The translations under genes and the position numbers were made by a program. Source: Klebsormidium nitens (Eukaryota; Plantae; Klebsormidiophyceae). From it: DNA of 64,000 nt. The DNA lies in assembly GCA_000708835.1 (NCBI GenBank), contig DF237043.1:62001-126000 (forward strand). Reading direction: 5' to 3'. The notes under the pieces were generated by a model. That model was given only the letters and a program-made list of their open reading frames with translations, did not search any database and had not been told where the DNA came from. This document shows positions 39,913 to 51,449 of this stretch, in pieces (the first letter of the stretch is position 1; every line of letters starts with the position of its first letter).

Positions 39913-42900
39913 TCAGGCCTTGCAAACCGGCTCGGCGCCTGGGGAGTCGGGGCAGCTCCCCGGGCAGCAGATGGAGAAAGTGCCGTCGGCGTTGAAGCAC
40001 TGCACAGACGCGCGCGCACAGGATCAGAAGCTGGGAGTTTAAGCCGGGCGACTTGCATCTTGACACCTTCGGCCGAAGACTTCTTGAGGAGGTGTGGCCG
40101 TTGAGAAAGACGGATGTGCAGCGCATTCTTCACGGAGACAGTAACATCTTTTCGACTTTCATGGGAGGCATTTGTCCGGACTGGGTTCCAGATCTGAGAG
40201 GAAACACAATAGTGGAGAAAGAGGGGGAAAATGCAAGAGGAGGACCGTTGGACTTTCGTCAAAGACTGCGCGCCGAGATAGCCTGCAACGTTTTGCCCAC
40301 AAAGAAGGGCAAGATCGACGCCTATCCAGCTGACACGCACTTGCACTTGCACGAACAGGAAAGCCGTTCAATAGTACTGTCGTTGGCGCTGATTGTGTCT
40401 CATCATTCCAATTTCCGGGCAAGCGCCACTCAACTCACGTACGATTCTCTCTGATTACTCGCGCAACTGAGTGACTGAAAATCAAGATATGCTCAAACCT
40501 TAACCACCGCAAAAGTAACGGAAAATCTCGGTGGATTGTCGCTAATTGACTCTTGCTCAAAGTTTCTCAGACCCCGAAAAGAAACCAACTTGAATATCCA
40601 CCTAGTTTCCTCACCTGATTGGGCCTGGAAGACGTCGCGTCACAAGTCGGCCCTGCACCGGCAAAGGTTGGCACCGGCCCAGTGGGCGCTGACGTCGTAC
40701 TGACGGGCGCTGACGTCGTTGCGGCGGGCGCTGACGTTGTGCTGCCGGGCGCTGCCGTTGTGCCGGGGGGCGCTGACGTCGTCCCGGTGGGCGCTGACGT
40801 CGTGCCGACGGGCGCTGGCGCAGGCGCCTGGGGGGGGGCCGGGATGTTTCCCCCGGTCCTAACCAGGTGGTTAGCGCCTGACTGAGTGGTGACCACGTTG
40901 GAGCAGTCGGTGGTGAACGTCTTGCTGGTGATGGTGCTGACGTAGCAGTAGGAGCCCTGCGCGCGCGCTCAAACAGTCAGCCGTTGAAGCTACCAATCTG
41001 GAATCAACCTCTTGAAGCCAACATTCCTTCAGCGCTTCCCGAAGGCTCTGATCAAGAGAGAGCGATAAAACGAGTGGGCGGTCTCCGTAAACCGATAGTC
41101 CTGTGGAATCAAGAGGGCGACCACGAAGCTGATGCACATGGTGCTTTGTTGCCGAATCTGGACCAGTTGTCCTCTCGACGACCCCAACCAGTGGACTGCC
41201 GTTCCACATGACTCATCGGATGAGGTTTCCTTCACGACGTTTGGAGCCCCGCCTCCTAACTAGGTTAAGTTCTGACGAAGGATCCCAGACAGACTAGTAA
41301 GTGCAGCCCAAAGTAGGTCCATTGCCCAACTCCAAGATTGGGCAAAGTTCTTGTTCACACCTTCGAGAGCTTTGTACGACACGATTCGGGGCCGGAGCGC
41401 GGTGCAAAGAGTCTCGAAGAATACTTTATGGTCGCGCAACACGACGTTTCTCCTTAACCCAAAATTCCAAGCAAGGTGCAGGCTCGAATAGAATTCGTGA
41501 CTTGAAACTAGTCTTCAGAGCTGGGAGAGCTCGTGCGTCCTATACACGGGTCACTCTTCCAAGCAAAAGATGAACAGCATTGAACTCGAGTGCAGATGAC
41601 CAGTGGATGGAAAAAGTCTGCAAACCAGTTCCAGGCCCCAACCTGTGCGCGCGCGGGCGTGATGTCCAGCAGGAGGTAGCCCTTGGAGTTCCACTCCAGG
41701 TAGCGCTGCGCGGGGTTGTCCGCGGCGAAAATGGGCGTCAGCAGCGCCGCGCCCGCGGCCGCGGCGGGGCCGGGGCCGCTGCAAAAGACGGGGGTTTGAA
41801 GGTTTAGGATTTAAGGCCTAATCTGAAAATGTCCCATTCGGATATGAGCGTCAGAAGGGCCGCGGCGCCGGGGCCGCTGCAAACGACGGCGTTTGGAGGG
41901 TTAGCGTTCAACGTCTGTTGAGAATGTCTCGGACTTTGAGGATTGAAAGCGCCGAAGCGCCGACCGCGGCGGGGCCGGGGCCGCTGCAAAGGACGGGGTT
42001 TGGAATTTTAGGGTTCGAGGTATATTGAGATTCTCCCGCCCAAAAATTGGGTGTTGAAAGCGCCGAAATGCCGGCCGCAGAGTGGCCGTGGCCGCTGCAA
42101 GTGACGGGGTTTGGAGGTTCAAGGTTCAAGGTCTAGACAAGTTTAGACAATTGAGATTGTCTTGTTCTGATCGGCGTCAAAAGCGCCGCAGCGGGGCCGC
42201 GGTCGCTGAACGAGACGCTGACTCAAAAAATAGGAGCTTCAGATTTAACGAGGTGTAGGGTTCCGAGATTCCCTCGTCTTGAAGCAGGGGCGTCCGGAGC
42301 TATACAGGGGCAAAGGCAAGAGAATGTTGGAAAAACCATGCAGGAGATTTTGGAGATGAGGTCCGCTTCGAAGACTGGAAAAGGTACGGTCCGAAAGAGT
42401 CTGCGGGCTTATAGAATCGGTTTGCAAGTTGCAGATTGAATATGATAGAGAGAAAGCCCTCAATCTGCAGCAAGAAAAGCTCAAATCGAACCAACGTCGA
42501 CATGGGATCATATTCGCTTCGCTTCGAACGAGAACGACCGTTGACCAAACCTCAGTTTTCTTGCCCATCATGAGTCGTTTCGACCCCGCAAAGTCGCGTT
42601 TCCAAACGCCCTGGTCCGGAGCAAAAACGCCCTTTAACGCGCGAGGGAAATGCTCAAACCCAACGCAATTTTGTGCTAAACAAATGCAACCTTGCAGTTC
42701 TTGCAGCACTGTCTTGAAAGAAAGATAGATATTCGAACAAGGAGTCAGATTCGTCAACGAGCTTGTCTTGATAAAAGAAGGCAGAAAGCGGTGAGGTTGG
42801 AGCTTTTCAACGCATTCTACGGTCACCATCCTTCAGAGGATGCTGAACGGTGAAGTCACGTCGGCACTTACAAGAGGCTCTCCAGGGCGGAGGGTGACGT

Positions 42901-45900
42901 TACGGCGGTGGTCAGGAACTCGACGGCGAGGGATCCCGCGCCGGTGGTGGCGTTATAAGCGCACGGGGTCGGATCCACGGTCGCGCAATAGCCTGCAGAA
43001 CGGGTTTCGACGCTTCGGTAATTCAGATCGAACAAAAGCATTTCGATTTCGGAAGTCGAATCACTGTGCTGTTACACACTTTTGTGTCAGTCAGATTCCA
43101 GCCAGTGCAGAGATTGCGCTCAAACTTTGTGCATTCGGCTTATGAGGGACGGAATATGGTAGTAGAGAAGTGGAAAAAAGGAGTTGCGGTCGAATTTCTA
43201 AGGACGAAACTCTTTGCGGCCGGTGCCGCCTTGTAAGTTTGGATGGTTCTTGCCTTGTACGAGGAAAGAATCTCAAAGCCAATAGAGGGCCGCCACGTCA
43301 GCGGGTCGGCAATCAAGCTTTCGGAGCCTATGGGAGCCAACCTCAAGACTTCGGGGAGTAAACAAAACTGGACAGGAGAGCGAGTGACTTACTGTTGGGG
43401 TAAGCGAAGCGGGGCAGATCATTGGCGACAGACGAGTGCAGGTCTCCTGACAGGAAGATGGTGTTGCTGATCTTGCCGGACTGCAGCTGCGCCAGGATCC
43501 GGTCGCGGTTGTCTGCGAGCGGAACAACGGAACGTGGGTGGCCGGCCTCGCATCATTGGCAACAAAAGGTCCAGAAGCGGGAGTGATGGATTACGATTTC
43601 TAGATGCAAATGTATGAACGGCTTCCTTTTTTAGACGTCTTAGTTACGAGACATTTCCATAAAAGGGGCGCTTTTTGGAGCTCCTTTTGGAACTGGTCGG
43701 CCAATCTAGAGCGTCTTAATAGCTCGTTTTGCGTCTGAAGAGTGTCTTCCATCTCTGGTTCTAGAGCACAAGGTCACAGATCGAAGGTCCTTCCCCAAAA
43801 ACCAACTGCTATCTTTCCGGCAGCCCAGCTTCGCAATTTCGTCGGAATTGAAAGCGCGCGAGAATCATCTTAAAACTCACGTTCCTAAGACTGTACATCG
43901 TGGGTCAAAACTTACCAGCGTAACCGTCCCACGCGTCATATGCTGCACGTAAACAAGGAGTACGATGTGCTCAGGATCGGACCGGAACAATCTGAAACGT
44001 AGGTGTTGAACTGATCATTTTGAACGCCTTCAGAGCCTTCGTGGACTTGCGAAACGCGGTACTTGATAAAAAGGATTGTTGACTGATCTTATCACCGTAA
44101 GAAGCTTGTCTCAGCAGCAAACATATAAATCGTGACAAGTCGGAAAACGCGTCAACCTATGGATTGCGGGGGAGAAGCCCTTCCAAGATTGCCCGGTGCC
44201 AAGCTTGTCTTGAGCATTCCTCTACGTTCGTAGCCATCAACTCATTTGTAGAAAGCTTATCGAAAAGCTTATATTCGACGTAATCAAATGCCCTATAAAA
44301 GCCTCACAGACGAAAGGGGGGAGGACGCCGGCACGCCCCGCGGAGGTGAACTGTCCGAAGATGACTTGCTGTCCGATGACCCGCCACTTGGCCTGCGACG
44401 ACGTCAGCTGCGCGTACAAATACTGCTCCTGGGTGTCGCCCATGATGGTCCTGCAAAAGCGGGGCCTCAAACGTTTATTGGCCGCAAAAGCCGGAAGCGT
44501 TTCCCTCAACCCAGATCGGTGGGAACGGGCTGCTTCTTTTGCGGGTCTGATTTTGCTGCGGTCCTAATACTGGTCCTGGGCGCCCATGTTGGCCCGCAAA
44601 AGGATTAGCTCATGAGACCACTTATTCCGGCCGCAGAATCGGGAGCGTTCTCTTCGGAGAGGGCTGCCCTTTTCCGTGGGTCTGAGTCTGCCCTTGTGAC
44701 GACATCTGAAATCGTAGGATGGGGAATCCTTTTCCGAGGGTGTAAACTTTTCAATTGAGAACACGTGCCTAAGTATCGCGCGTGCTTGTCCTGCAAAAAG
44801 CTAAGCCTCAACCATTGGGCCGCCAAAACTGGAAGCGTTTCCCTCCTAAGGAATTGGGTCCAAACTACCAAAGGTCAAAAAGCCACAAGTCGAAGGAAGA
44901 CAATGTAGGTACTGCAAAAGAGAGCCTCACCTCCAAAGCACACATTGTGACAACCACGATCGAAAGAGCTCCTCGAATATCCGCAGCAGATGAGCTGATC
45001 TTATGGTGCTCGAGAAAGTACGGAGAGACTATGCTCCTTCTTCAGGGCTTGGAACTCTCTTAACCACCACGCGACCATGCCGATGTCGCAGGTCCAACCT
45101 TTGGCTGACAGTGTGAAAAGGCTCACCTGCCAGGGGACGTGCGGACCTGCTCCTGGATGGCGGTGCTATTCACACCGTAGAAGAAGGGGTCGTCGACCTG
45201 CTGCTGGCGGCCGTAGATGCGGGTATCCAGCATGGTTAGGTCAACCAGGTTACCGAAGTTGAAGCTCCGGAAGATGCGGAAAGGGTCGTTCGGGTCGACC
45301 TGTGCGATGGGCATCCACTCGAAGTAGGCGCGGAGGGCGTTGGCCTGCAAGAGGGGCGGGTTCGAGCTGGGTTAGTGTGTCCGGTCATGATGGTTTCTGA
45401 GTTCTGGGCTGCCATTTTGAGGTTTGCGTTTGGGAACTAATAGGGTCGACTTTGGACTCAGCTTAAGGTAACAGGCGCCCAGTCGAAGTTGGCCTGGAAG
45501 GGGCAAGGTCAGGAGGCGGTTAGAGCCAGGGTCTGGCAGAATATTAGAGCAAGCAGACCAGGGTGAAGAAGACCAAATTCCGAAGATAGCGCTAGCTGCG
45601 TTGAAAGGGTTGGCGTTGTGGTAAAGCTCTTTGCGTCAAACCTGCCATCGGGTTTCAGATGCTCCGATCATGGTCCCTGATCTTGGACCGTTCGATCGAC
45701 GACAAGGCAGGCATCGGACGGCCCAAGATCAGGAGCCACGCTCCGAGAGTCTGGAACCCAATGGCAAGTTTGACGCAAACAGCTGTAGAAAGGCTGAGAT
45801 AAGTAATCGGTTGAGCCCGCTGACCAGTCAATGGTGAGTGTCCGGGTGGTTGAGAAGCACGCAAGAGCTGCGGAGATTGCAGGGAGTGAAAGGAGGAAAA

Positions 45901-48900
45901 AGTAGCGAGACCACTGTGAAGGACGCCTTGATATACGGACGAAAACCAGCGCCATACATCAATACTTTATTGAGTGGTGACTCTTGACGTCTTCTCAGGA
46001 CTTTGATCAGAATGAAACGAAGTTCTCGACTGTCGTAACAATCTTGCTAAAGTCCCAGGGCAAACTCATGGGAGACCAGGACGCGCTCGTACGAACATCT
46101 GGTTGCTTGTGGCTGCGAATTACACCACGAGCAGGTGACGCAAGCGACCGTACGCTGACGAGCGCCATACTGACGTCACGGCGCTGCCGTCATGCTGACC
46201 TTGCGCACGAACCAGTCGCCCTCGGTGGCCGGCTGGTGGTTCTCCGCTCCTCCGAACCAGGCGTTGTTGGTGAACTCGTGGTCGTCCCACACAGTGACCC
46301 ACGTGTGCGCCGCATGCGCAGCCAGCGAGCCCTCGTCCGTCTTGTACTGCGCGTGACGGATCCTGGAAAGCAGTATTTGCTTTTGAGAGATTGCCCAGCT
46401 TACTTTTTGGGATCTAATGGAAGTCAAAGCAGAAGGCTCAGCTACTCGGCCCTTTGTCTGCGAAACTGCGCAGCTAGAAAGCCCTCGTCCGTCTTGTACT
46501 GCGCCTGGCGGATCCTGGAAAGCAGACTTTTGCTTTTGAATGACTGTCCAAATCTCCTTTTAAATGACAACAAACTCAAAGCACAAGCCTCGGCTAGTCT
46601 GTTTTTTGTCTGGGCGGCATGCGCAGCGAGCAAGCTCTCGTCCGTCTCGTACAGAGCATGACGGATCCTGGAAAAGAAAGGGATGCTGGTGTCAATATTC
46701 ATTCCAAGTGCTGACTTGAAAGGAGAATCAGAGTCAACGGATAAGCGGGAATGCGACCTACGGGCCGCGTGCTTGACCAACGAGACCTCGTATCTATCTT
46801 GCGTCGAACGTGGCGGTTTCTACACAGAAAAAAGCGCTGATATCAATGAGCCGTTTGAAGATTTTTTCCATTACTTGAACTCAAGGCGTATGCCGAGTAG
46901 GTAAGTCGATTCCTATCGAAGCAGAGTCCAAGGGCAACGAGGCATGGTTGTCCTTCCTTGTAATGGTGGTGACAAATTTCAAACAAGGAAGGTGCCATGT
47001 TGATGCCTGTCCAAGTTTCTCGTTGAGGTTTGACAACGGATAGACAGGTACGCAGCTACACAGATCGTTGCACTGTGGATACAGAAACTGCAGAACACAA
47101 AAGAAACGACACCAAAAATGTACAAAAGAAAGGCTCGTTCTTGGTTCTTGGTAAATAAAACCGAGGTCGTCTTGATGACACCAGAAAAGAGCCACGCCAG
47201 GTGGTTTGACTGGCAGACTGAGAACTTCACATTACCTTGCTTTGAGTTCCCTTGCAAAGCCCACCAGTTGAAACACCAGGCTCAAGGAGCAGCTTTTCCC
47301 TATTTGACCTTGTCTATGCAAAGCTCCAGGTTTCATCCACTTGGCAAAAGAAAGGCCCAAAGAAAAGGAAAGCTGGGGGGTTGCTGGTTACTGGTCACTG
47401 GTCACTGGTTACTGGATACTGGATACTGGTTACTGGTTTTGGTTACTGGGGTTACTGGCGCCCGACCTGTAGTCGACCAGCTGTACAATCTCCACATCGG
47501 GCGCGGGCTTGCGGGTGGCGTCAACGGTGTCAGCAAACGTGGTGGCGTAACCTCCGTCCTTGTACTCGTAGATGTAATCGCCAAGGTGCAGAACCAGGTC
47601 CACGTTCTGGTCAGCAATGCTGCGGTACGCGTTGAAATAGCCGGCAGGGAAGTTGGAGCACGACACGACGGCAAAGCGCACATTGCTGACGTCACCCTGC
47701 TGCAGGGTCTTGAGGCGGCCTGCGACGGAGGGGTGAGAGCGGTCTGGAAGTTGGACGAACTAAGAAAGCAATGGCTTCTTGTGAGTGGTATAGCTGTCTA
47801 CTTGTGATGTGGTACTTTTGATGGCGCTTGTGTCATTGCTCCTCTGGCTTTCATAGAGACGGGAACTCTCTTAGCTGCTGATAACGAGGTGACAATCCTT
47901 CAAGGTTGCAATTATGAGTAGGAGAGAAACTTGAGAGCAGTGAAGGCAAAGAAAAGTCCGTGTCAGGGGTCTGCATCTCAGGGTTCTTCACATTGATCTG
48001 CTTGCCAAAGCATTGTGGACCATGCTGGAAATCTTGTTGTTGCCAAAAAGTCAGGGTTGTGAATTACAGTTGATTGGGTAGTACTCAATTAGGGATACCT
48101 CACAATTGACACTCTTTGAAGGGCGCCATCTTTTTGTTTGAATCCATACTGGTCCCATTGCGTGAAGGGCAGCGACCCAGCTCCGGCCCCAAGAATTACA
48201 GCCATGAGCAGGATTATTGCACTGATTATGGCAAACTATAGTGGGAAGAATGCATTGCTTAACATAACACCGATCAAAACCTCCTATATAGATGAACATC
48301 CCTGCCAGGACCCTTGACTGACAGTTCTCCCCCCCCCACATATTCTTGGCAAGAAGTCGCGCCTGTACTAATGATTGACTGGATTTGAAAGCAGACTCCT
48401 CATGGCTAGTGCTAGGTTACGTTCATGTAGACCCCCAAGACTCTGACAAGCGGCTCTGTGGTGTTCTGTTTCAAGACAATCTGAGTTGAGCAGATGTTAT
48501 ATCTAATCTTAGACGTTGTAGAGAGCAAGCCTGTGAGAGATGCTTCGTCTGATGACCAACAGCTTCCAATTCTGGTATCCATGACTTGGTCATCAACCTT
48601 CTCCTTTACAGACACCTGGACTAATAGTGCCCAGCTAGCCAGAAACAGGTATTGTTCTGTCTCGCTTAGAGCGGATGCAAGGACTTCAAAAGCCGTGAGT
48701 GTTGATTCAGAGCGGCTCAGAAAGTCTTTATGGGACGTCACATACCAGATTTGTGTGTCCCCTCCTTGGACATGCATACCGCCCAAAGAGAGGCTTTTAA
48801 CTTTCCCTCTCAGGCTCAAAATTTGCTTCTTAGGCTCAAGCTTTGAACAAAGCATCGATTGTCACCTACACGCATTTCCGAATGCGCATGCTTGACATCA

Positions 48901-49468
48901 TTTTGGCAGCATTGTAGGAATTGTTCCATTGGAAACCCCATGGCGACATGAAGAGCTGCGCAAATCGCAGCTCAATCAACTCACCAACCAAGGAGCTGAC
49001 ACCGCCGCTCGCATCCGAGAACTGGTAGTAGTAGAAGACGCCCCCCAGCGTCAAGCCCTTCACTGTCACCTTCACAGTGTAGTCCACATCACCGGTGGTC
49101 AAGGTTGACCCAGTCATAACCACATTGGTCATCCCAGCATCCGTGGCAACCTTGTAATTAACCGTGATCGGGCCCGATGGGGCGCTCGCCGGCGTAACTC
49201 TGGTCCACAGGATCACCGACGCTTGGAAGGGAGAGACGCTGTTATCGATCCCTGGGTCTCCGCTCGCAACCCCGTGGTTGAATGCGATAGCGGGGCCAGC
49301 CTGCAGCAGCTTTCTTCCGCTGCTGAAAGCCTCGTAGTCGGGGGGGGATCTTGCGAGGTCCGGGCGGGTCGTGAGGGGACTCTGGTAGTTCATGTTCTCA
49401 GCATACTCGGCGGCGAGGGGGGATGCCGCAAGGAGCGTGATTGCTGCGAGAAGCAGGAGGCGCGCCAT
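39913..49468 (-). CDS. phoD: Secreted PhoD-family alkaline phosphatase with Thr/Pro-rich stalk and C-terminal Cys-rich module, 11 exons
   Basis: Exons: 48985-49468, 47467-47719, 46200-46362, 45127-45344, 44308-44450, 43916-43942, 43393-43512, 42872-42992, 41643-41778, 40615-40956, 39913-39999, in frame. Signal peptide MARLLLLAAITLLAASPLAA. PhoD motifs FNHGVASGDP, ILWTR, FAVVSCSN, LHLGDYIYEY, WDDHEFTNN, MLDTR, DAWDGY, SGDLH, AVEF, GYLLLDIT. Confidence 0.92.
41855..42215 (-). repeat. Four intronic copies of the PhoD exon-9 acceptor and exon start
   Basis: On the plus strand GGCCGCTGCAA recurs near 41872, 41980 and 42091, with a GTCGCTGAA variant near 42203; the functional copy is at 41775-41785. 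Confidence 0.8.
44564..44845 (-). repeat. Two intronic copies of the PhoD exon-5 acceptor region
   Basis: 44786-44845 resembles 44446-44507 (GTCCTGCAAAA...GGAAGCGTTTCCCTC). 44564-44601 resembles the exon start with the AG mutated to GG. Confidence 0.75.
46465..46676 (-). repeat. Two intronic copies of the PhoD exon-3 acceptor and 35-55 nt of exon
   Basis: 46481-46525 and 46616-46676 match 46310-46373 (CCCTCGTCCGTCTTGTACTGCGC..CGGATCCTGGAAA). Confidence 0.85.
47384..47458. repeat. 7-bp minisatellite ACTGG(T/A)(T/C), about 10 copies, just inside the PhoD exon-2 donor
   Basis: CTGGTTACTGGTCACTGGTCACTGGTTACTGGATACTGGATACTGGTTACTGG... Confidence 0.85.
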
Positions 49469-50163
49469 GGCTGATGTCAGCTGATCTTGCTTCTGACTTG
49501 TTTGCAACTGTTTCGATAAAGCGAGTCCGAATCGATTCAGACTCGTTTCGATCCTGGTGCAGGAAGTTTCGAAGAGACGACAGAACGCGGCCAAATAACG
49601 AATACCCACTTTGCACTGATTGGTCAGGTGAAGCAACACCAGTAGACCAGTACTGAGCAGGCCAGACGAGCTCAATCTGCGTTTTTCTCACAGGGTGGCA
49701 GCTGTTCCTTCGGGCATATCAGTCAGGATACCCCTAAGGACTCCTGATCATTGCACAGGAGCTGCTTTTCATCCGATCATCTTCAACTTCAAGGCTTCGC
49801 CTGTTCTCAACCTCTAGCTGCCTGCTGCACAGTCCGACTGCTAATAGTCACAGTGGTTTTGATTTTGGTATCTGCACGAGTACGAATCTATTGTGGGCGA
49901 GGGAAAGAGCTGCATACGTATGCAGAATCTTGAGCTAGCACGGCACGATGGCCACGCTTTCAGGATATTCCCTCCCTTGTCAGTTTTGCCGAGACGGCAT
50001 CCTTGAGATCGGGTGCATTATTGACATCATCACATGGAATCTACTGTCAGCATACAATGATTCACCCTGTGAGATTCCGTCCGAATTCCGCGATCCCGAA
50101 AGCTGCCTGGGCCCTGCAGCATGCGGCCGCCGGATTCTGATCGAAACCATCAAGGGTTAACTG

Positions 50164-50520
50164 AGACGGCTGGGGTTGGCACGGGGGCTAGGGTGGGTAC
50201 GGGTGCGGAGCCTGTTAACCTGTGGTTTCGGTTAAGTGTTGGCCGTTACCTTTCATGGCGCTTAGGATTGAGCCTCGTGATAGAATCGAGAGTTATTCAT
50301 GCCAGGCCGGCCGGCGGACGACACGTACGTATTTACTGCAACCATTCGAAGGGTACCGTCGGCCGGTCGGACGGATGACGGACTAATTTTTAAGTACCTA
50401 TACCGTAGTAAGAGCCAGGTATAATAAGCTCCAACTAACACTAAAACCCTAACCCAACAATCTACCCGCTCCGCACCCGTACCCACCCTAACCACCAAAC
50501 TAACCCCACCCGTCCCAGGC
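50164..50520. mobile_element. Possible non-autonomous element (MITE-like): two inverted copies of the CCCTAA-rich repeat around a roughly 190-bp core
   Basis: TAGGGTGGGTACGGGTGCGGAGC (50189-50211) is the perfect reverse complement of 50468-50490, within about 80 bp of imperfect inverted arms. No target-site duplication recognised. Confidence 0.5.
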
Positions 50521-50709
50521 TGGTGAGCTAATATTATACCTGGTCCTTTAATATTATATTCCTAAGTTATAGGTAGTCCGAGGCTCGAGCTGTCGGCCGG
50601 TGGACCGTACGGTCCGACGTGACGGCGAGTCAGCCTGCAAAGCGCGTGCGCCGCGCGGCTACTGATGTCTCCTCAATTCAGGTAAAGTAAGCTCCAGGTA
50701 AAGTAAGCT

Positions 50710-50794
50710 NNNNNNNNNNNNNNNNNNNNNNNNNNNNNNNNNNNNNNNNNNNNNNNNNNNNNNNNNNNNNNNNNNNNNNNNNNNNNNNNNNNNN
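50710..50794. other. Assembly gap (85 N) flanked by an inverted repeat and a partial repeat copy
   Basis: AGGTAAAGTAAGCTCCAGGTAAAGTAAGCT on the left, GGCTTACTTTACCTGAAGCTTACTTTACCT on the right; 50795-50828 repeats 50490-50521. Confidence 0.95.
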
Positions 50795-51026
50795 AACCCC
50801 CAAACTAACCCCACCCGTCCCAGGCTGCTTGGCTTACTTTACCTGAAGCTTACTTTACCTAAATTGAAGTCTTATCGGCTACTGCCGGTCGGAGGAGGAG
50901 CGCCTTATGCGCGCGCGTGTAAATATGATGGTAAATTAAATGCGCGTGCAGGAGCGATAATGGTTTAAGCCAGAACTTCTTCGATGAGAATTTGCCATGC
51001 CTAGTTTACTGTAGTACAAGTGCTCG

Positions 51027-51038
51027 GGCCCAAGCCCA
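51027..51038. promoter_or_regulatory. Two adjacent site II elements (GGCCCA, AGCCCA) upstream of NDUFA5
   Basis: Exact TGGGCY motifs on the reverse strand, about 415 bp upstream of the ATG. Site II is known in plant promoters of respiratory-chain genes, but short motifs occur by chance. Confidence 0.3.
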
Positions 51039-51120
51039 AGGCTCTTCCACGAGCTCAAGAAACGCCCACATTCAATGTCATCTTCCTGTCACCCTTCAAG
51101 TTGCGAAGTGCAGATTCAAG

Positions 51121-51160
51121 GCGCTTCGCTTCAAAGCGCTTCGCTTCAAAGCGCTTCGCA
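51121..51160. repeat. 15-bp tandem repeat GCGCTTCGCTTCAAA, about 2.7 copies
   Basis: Direct reading of the sequence. Confidence 0.8.
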
Positions 51161-51449
51161 TCGCGGTACCCAAAAGAATACCGTTCCGTGTTGGCTGGAT
51201 TCAGAGATGAATGGTGATTTTCTGTTCTGTCGCTGCTGGAAGCATTGCTAAAGTCCTCATTCATGTGACAATACTGAAAGTGGGAACCTTTGATGAACAA
51301 GGTTCTCTTGATGTAGGTTCGAAGCTGGGGATCTAAGAGATTTTAAACCACTGCAAAGCCAAAAGCTTACAACAAACAGTGAAAAATATCTTTGGAAGAT
51401 TGGCGCAAGATCTTTTTAGATCTGTCCGGTCCAGGTCTCCAGCCCCGAC

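Noticed and set aside
40053-41211. Protein-like antisense ORFs inside PhoD introns (40053-40454, 40984-41211); similar at 5399-5626 and 6289-6576 in GH10 introns
   Set aside because: They have non-ATG starts or are short, and show no recognisable domain or splice partners. They could be decayed transposon or gene fragments, but this needs a BLASTX I cannot run.
41260-41442. SWAMDL, resembling the PhoD SxAxDL motif
   Set aside because: It is out of order. The true motif (SSVANDL) is in exon 43393-43512, so this is a coincidence.
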